A DNA stretch of 43,160 nucleotides, taken from positions 1 to 43,160 of the forward strand of contig CAXHAT010000050.1 in the NCBI GenBank assembly GCA_964014485.1, read 5' to 3'. A program made the translations under genes and the position numbers. This document shows, piece after piece, positions 41,024 through 43,160 of the stretch (positions are counted from its first letter, which is position 1; each line of letters opens with the position of its first letter). The notes beneath the pieces were generated by a model. That model had not been told where the DNA came from, ran no database searches, and was given only the letters and a program-made list of their open reading frames with translations. The DNA is from an uncultured Deferribacteres bacterium. Its GTDB lineage: Bacteria; Zhuqueibacterota; Zhuqueibacteria; Zhuqueibacterales; Geothermadaptataceae.

Positions 41024-41261
41024 GGAGTGCAAGGCTTGCCTTGCTTTTCAAGACAGGCTTTGACTGAGCCCCGCGTTTCGCAACGCTCTTGACCGTGTTT
41101 TCAGTAGTTGAGAGGCAAAGCAAGCTTTGCACTCCAATGCCTTTTCCGGAGTGCAAGGCTTGCCTTGCTTTTCATGACAGGCTTTGACCGGATCCCCTAC
41201 GCTTCGCAATGCTCGTGACCGTGTTTTCGGCGTTTGAGAGACAAAGCAAGCTTTGCACTCC
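41024..41261. repeat. Two tandem ~112-bp REP-doublet units
   Basis: Units 41024-41135 and 41148-41261 each read GGAGTGCAAGGCTTGCCTTG ... CAAAGCAAGCTTTGCACTCC, with homologous spacers. Confidence 0.88.
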
Positions 41262-41319
41262 TGAGATTATTTTCGTATCGTTATTCTCAAAATTCGCATC
41301 ATTTAACTCGGGGAATGTT

Positions 41320-41655
41320 ATGAACTGGCTTTCCAATCTGCCGCTCTGGCAAATCATCCTGCTCGCCGCGCTTGCCGTGGGCCTCGCCATCTTGGCCGTC
41401 TGGCTGCTCCGCCGCAAATTCGATTTTGCCGGGATCACCCTCGGCGCACCGTTCGTCTCAGCGAAATTCGACGTGAAAAAAGACGATGCGGAAGACGAAC
41501 CGCCCGCCGGAATCGCGCAAGACATGACCGCGACCAACGACGGCGAAATTGACGACGCCGCGCAGGACGCCGAGGGCGAAAACATCCGCCAGAACATGAA
41601 AGCCGACGGCGGCAAAATCAAGGGGGCGCGGCAAAATGCCCGATCAAACGATTGA
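41320..41655 (+). CDS. 111-aa membrane protein with two C-terminal pseudo-repeats (candidate amyloid-motif effector/adaptor)
   Basis: N-terminal TM helix (WQIILLAALAVGLAILAVWLL-RRK), acidic linker, and repeats IAQDMTATNDGEIDDAAQDA and IRQNMKADGGKIKGARQNA. ATG 41320 follows GGGGA; the longer ORF call starts inside the REP. Confidence 0.8.
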   Translation: MNWLSNLPLWQIILLAALAVGLAILAVWLLRRKFDFAGITLGAPFVSAKFDVKKDDAEDEPPAGIAQDMTATNDGEIDDAAQDAEGENIRQNMKADGGKIKGARQNARSND

Positions 41656-43160
41656 AACCCGACCGCCGATCAGCGACGTTTACCGCGAACGCCTGAGCTA
41701 CTTTGTCGGGCGGAAAAGTCAGCGCGCGGCCTTCGACGCCATGTGGACGCAAAACGAGGCCTGGCTCATGGCCTATATTGGCGCCAGCGGCCACGGCAAG
41801 TCTTTCCTGCTCAATTATCTCGCGGAATTTCACTGCAAGCCGCAGAAGATTCCCTTTGTGCTCATCGATCTGCACTCCCCGATTTTGCACGGCGACCCCT
41901 TCGCGCTGGCCGCCCGACTTGGCGCGGAATTGCGCCCGTTTTTGAAGGACAAGAACTGGCGCGCCTTTGAAAAACAGCGCAGAGCCGTGCAAAGCGATCT
42001 TGCCAACCGGCGCGCACAAATTACACAAAATATTCACGCTGAGGGGAGCGGGCGAATTGAAAATGTGGCGCAGAACGCCCGTGTTATGCTCGAAATTGAA
42101 GACGTCGCCTACCACCGCCTCGCCGACGTACTGCTGGAATGCGCCGCCGACCTGCCCGACGAGCGCATGGTTTTCTTTTTTGACACCTACGAAATGATGC
42201 AGCGCTCCGGCAACGCCGCCCTCTCCGGCTGGCTCTGGGATCGCGTTTTTGAAAACCTCTGGCTTGATAAACCGGAAATACGCGTCGTGCTCGCCTCGCA
42301 AGACGCGCTGGAATCCGACGCGCTCAAAACGATCACTCCCGCCGCCGTGCCGGGATTTTTGCCCGAGGAAACCCGCGCCCTGCTGCAAAAGCACCGGGTT
42401 GAAGAACAAAAACTCACCGACGCCATCCAGCGTTTTACCGGCGGCCACCCTTTGTTGGTGGAAATGGCCGGGCAAGAGGCGCAGGCGGGACGCTTGCAAG
42501 CTCACGAAATTGAAAAGGCGATTTTGGCAAAAAAGGAAGCGGACGAATGGCTGTTTGCGCACGTGATGGAGCGCCTGCCGAAGGCCTTGCAGCAGGCCGC
42601 GCAATGGGCCGCCCTTCTGCGCGGGTTTAACCACGACAGCCTGAGCCGATTGCTCGAACCCTTTGAAATTAAGCTCGACGAACCGCAGTTCCGCCGCCTT
42701 GAACGCATGAGTTTTGTCCTGCGCGACGCCGGGCGCTTCCGCTGCCACGACCTGATCCGCCACATGCAGCACCGCCGCCAGAGTGAACGCCGCCCGGAAA
42801 CCCTGCGCGACTTTTACCAACGCGCCAAAGCCTACGCCGAGGAACGCACCCGCGGCGAAAACGGCCAACTTGACGCCATGTACTACAATTTTGTGCTGGA
42901 GGAAGACCAGGCTCACGGCGTTTGGCAAGAGGCGGTGGACGACGCGCAGGGCAACTGGCGGCGGGAACGGTGGGGGCAATTGATTGGCGTTGGCAAAGAC
43001 GCGGGGCCCTTGCTGCGGCGGGCGACGCACGCCGATATTCAACACCGGCGAGGAAAATACCTCTATTATCAAAACCGTTGGAATGCGTCGCTGGAAGCGC
43101 ACAATGCGGCCCTCGCGCTTTTTCGCGCCGTCGGTGATCGCCTCGGCGAAGCCAACACGC
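41636..43160 (+). CDS. STAND/NLR-type P-loop NTPase with TPR repeats (runs off window; absent from the ORF track)
   Basis: Manual translation of frame 2 is open to the window end: FVGRK, Walker A GASGHGKS, Walker B VFFFDTYE, RVVLAS, GxP motif TGGHPLL, MHD-like CHDLIR, and TPR start ALALFRAVGDRLGEANT. Confidence 0.92.
   Translation, partial: MPDQTIETRPPISDVYRERLSYFVGRKSQRAAFDAMWTQNEAWLMAYIGASGHGKSFLLNYLAEFHCKPQKIPFVLIDLHSPILHGDPFALAARLGAELRPFLKDKNWRAFEKQRRAVQSDLANRRAQITQNIHAEGSGRIENVAQNARVMLEIEDVAYHRLADVLLECAADLPDERMVFFFDTYEMMQRSGNAALSGWLWDRVFENLWLDKPEIRVVLASQDALESDALKTITPAAVPGFLPEETRALLQKHRVEEQKLTDAIQRFTGGHPLLVEMAGQEAQAGRLQAHEIEKAILAKKEADEWLFAHVMERLPKALQQAAQWAALLRGFNHDSLSRLLEPFEIKLDEPQFRRLERMSFVLRDAGRFRCHDLIRHMQHRRQSERRPETLRDFYQRAKAYAEERTRGENGQLDAMYYNFVLEEDQAHGVWQEAVDDAQGNWRRERWGQLIGVGKDAGPLLRRATHADIQHRRGKYLYYQNRWNASLEAHNAALALFRAVGDRLGEANT

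Noticed and set aside
41024..41261. Repeated GGAGTGCAAGGCTTGCCTTGC units as a mini CRISPR array
   Set aside because: The units are inverted doublets with homologous interiors rather than direct repeats with unique spacers.
41618..43102. 494-aa minus-strand ORF in the ORF track
   Set aside because: It is the antisense shadow of the plus-strand STAND-TPR gene, which has clear Walker A/B, GxP and TPR motifs. The minus ORF has no recognisable motifs.

Overview
A 43-kb bacterial chromosomal window. Two secreted enzymes end in NxPNPFNP C-terminal sorting/FlgD-like domains, which suggests an FCB-superphylum organism such as KSB1 or Calditrichota (inference). The left end is a rearranged mobile region. 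An IS630 element (377-1584) and an ISNCY/IS5-like element (1587-3610) sit back to back and share one TA. They truncate a hypothetical gene on the left and a beta-propeller/Y_Y_Y/PP2C sensor phosphatase on the right. The middle holds mostly ordinary genes: sulfatase, tricorn protease, GH18, M20 peptidase, PQQ-type propeller, serine hydrolase, PDZ histidine kinase with response regulator, pcm, HDAC-family protein, ligA, rpiB-aroK-aroQ(GAF fusion)-symporter, site-2 protease, metallophosphoesterase, GH39, methyltransferase and MarR-GNAT. The intergenic spaces are dense with REP-like palindromes and a ~205-bp MITE family. One MITE copy carries a nested second MITE, and one REP lies in frame inside a symporter gene. 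The most interesting feature is at the right end and is missing from the ORF track. A 111-aa membrane protein with two C-terminal pseudo-repeats overlaps the start of a STAND/NLR-type NTPase-TPR gene (41636 to window end). That gene carries one matching copy of the same motif inside its NTPase domain, between Walker A and Walker B. This looks like a HET-s/NWD2-style amyloid-signalling (BASS-like) immune module with an unusual internal motif position. The sequence pattern is directly visible, but the function is inferred.
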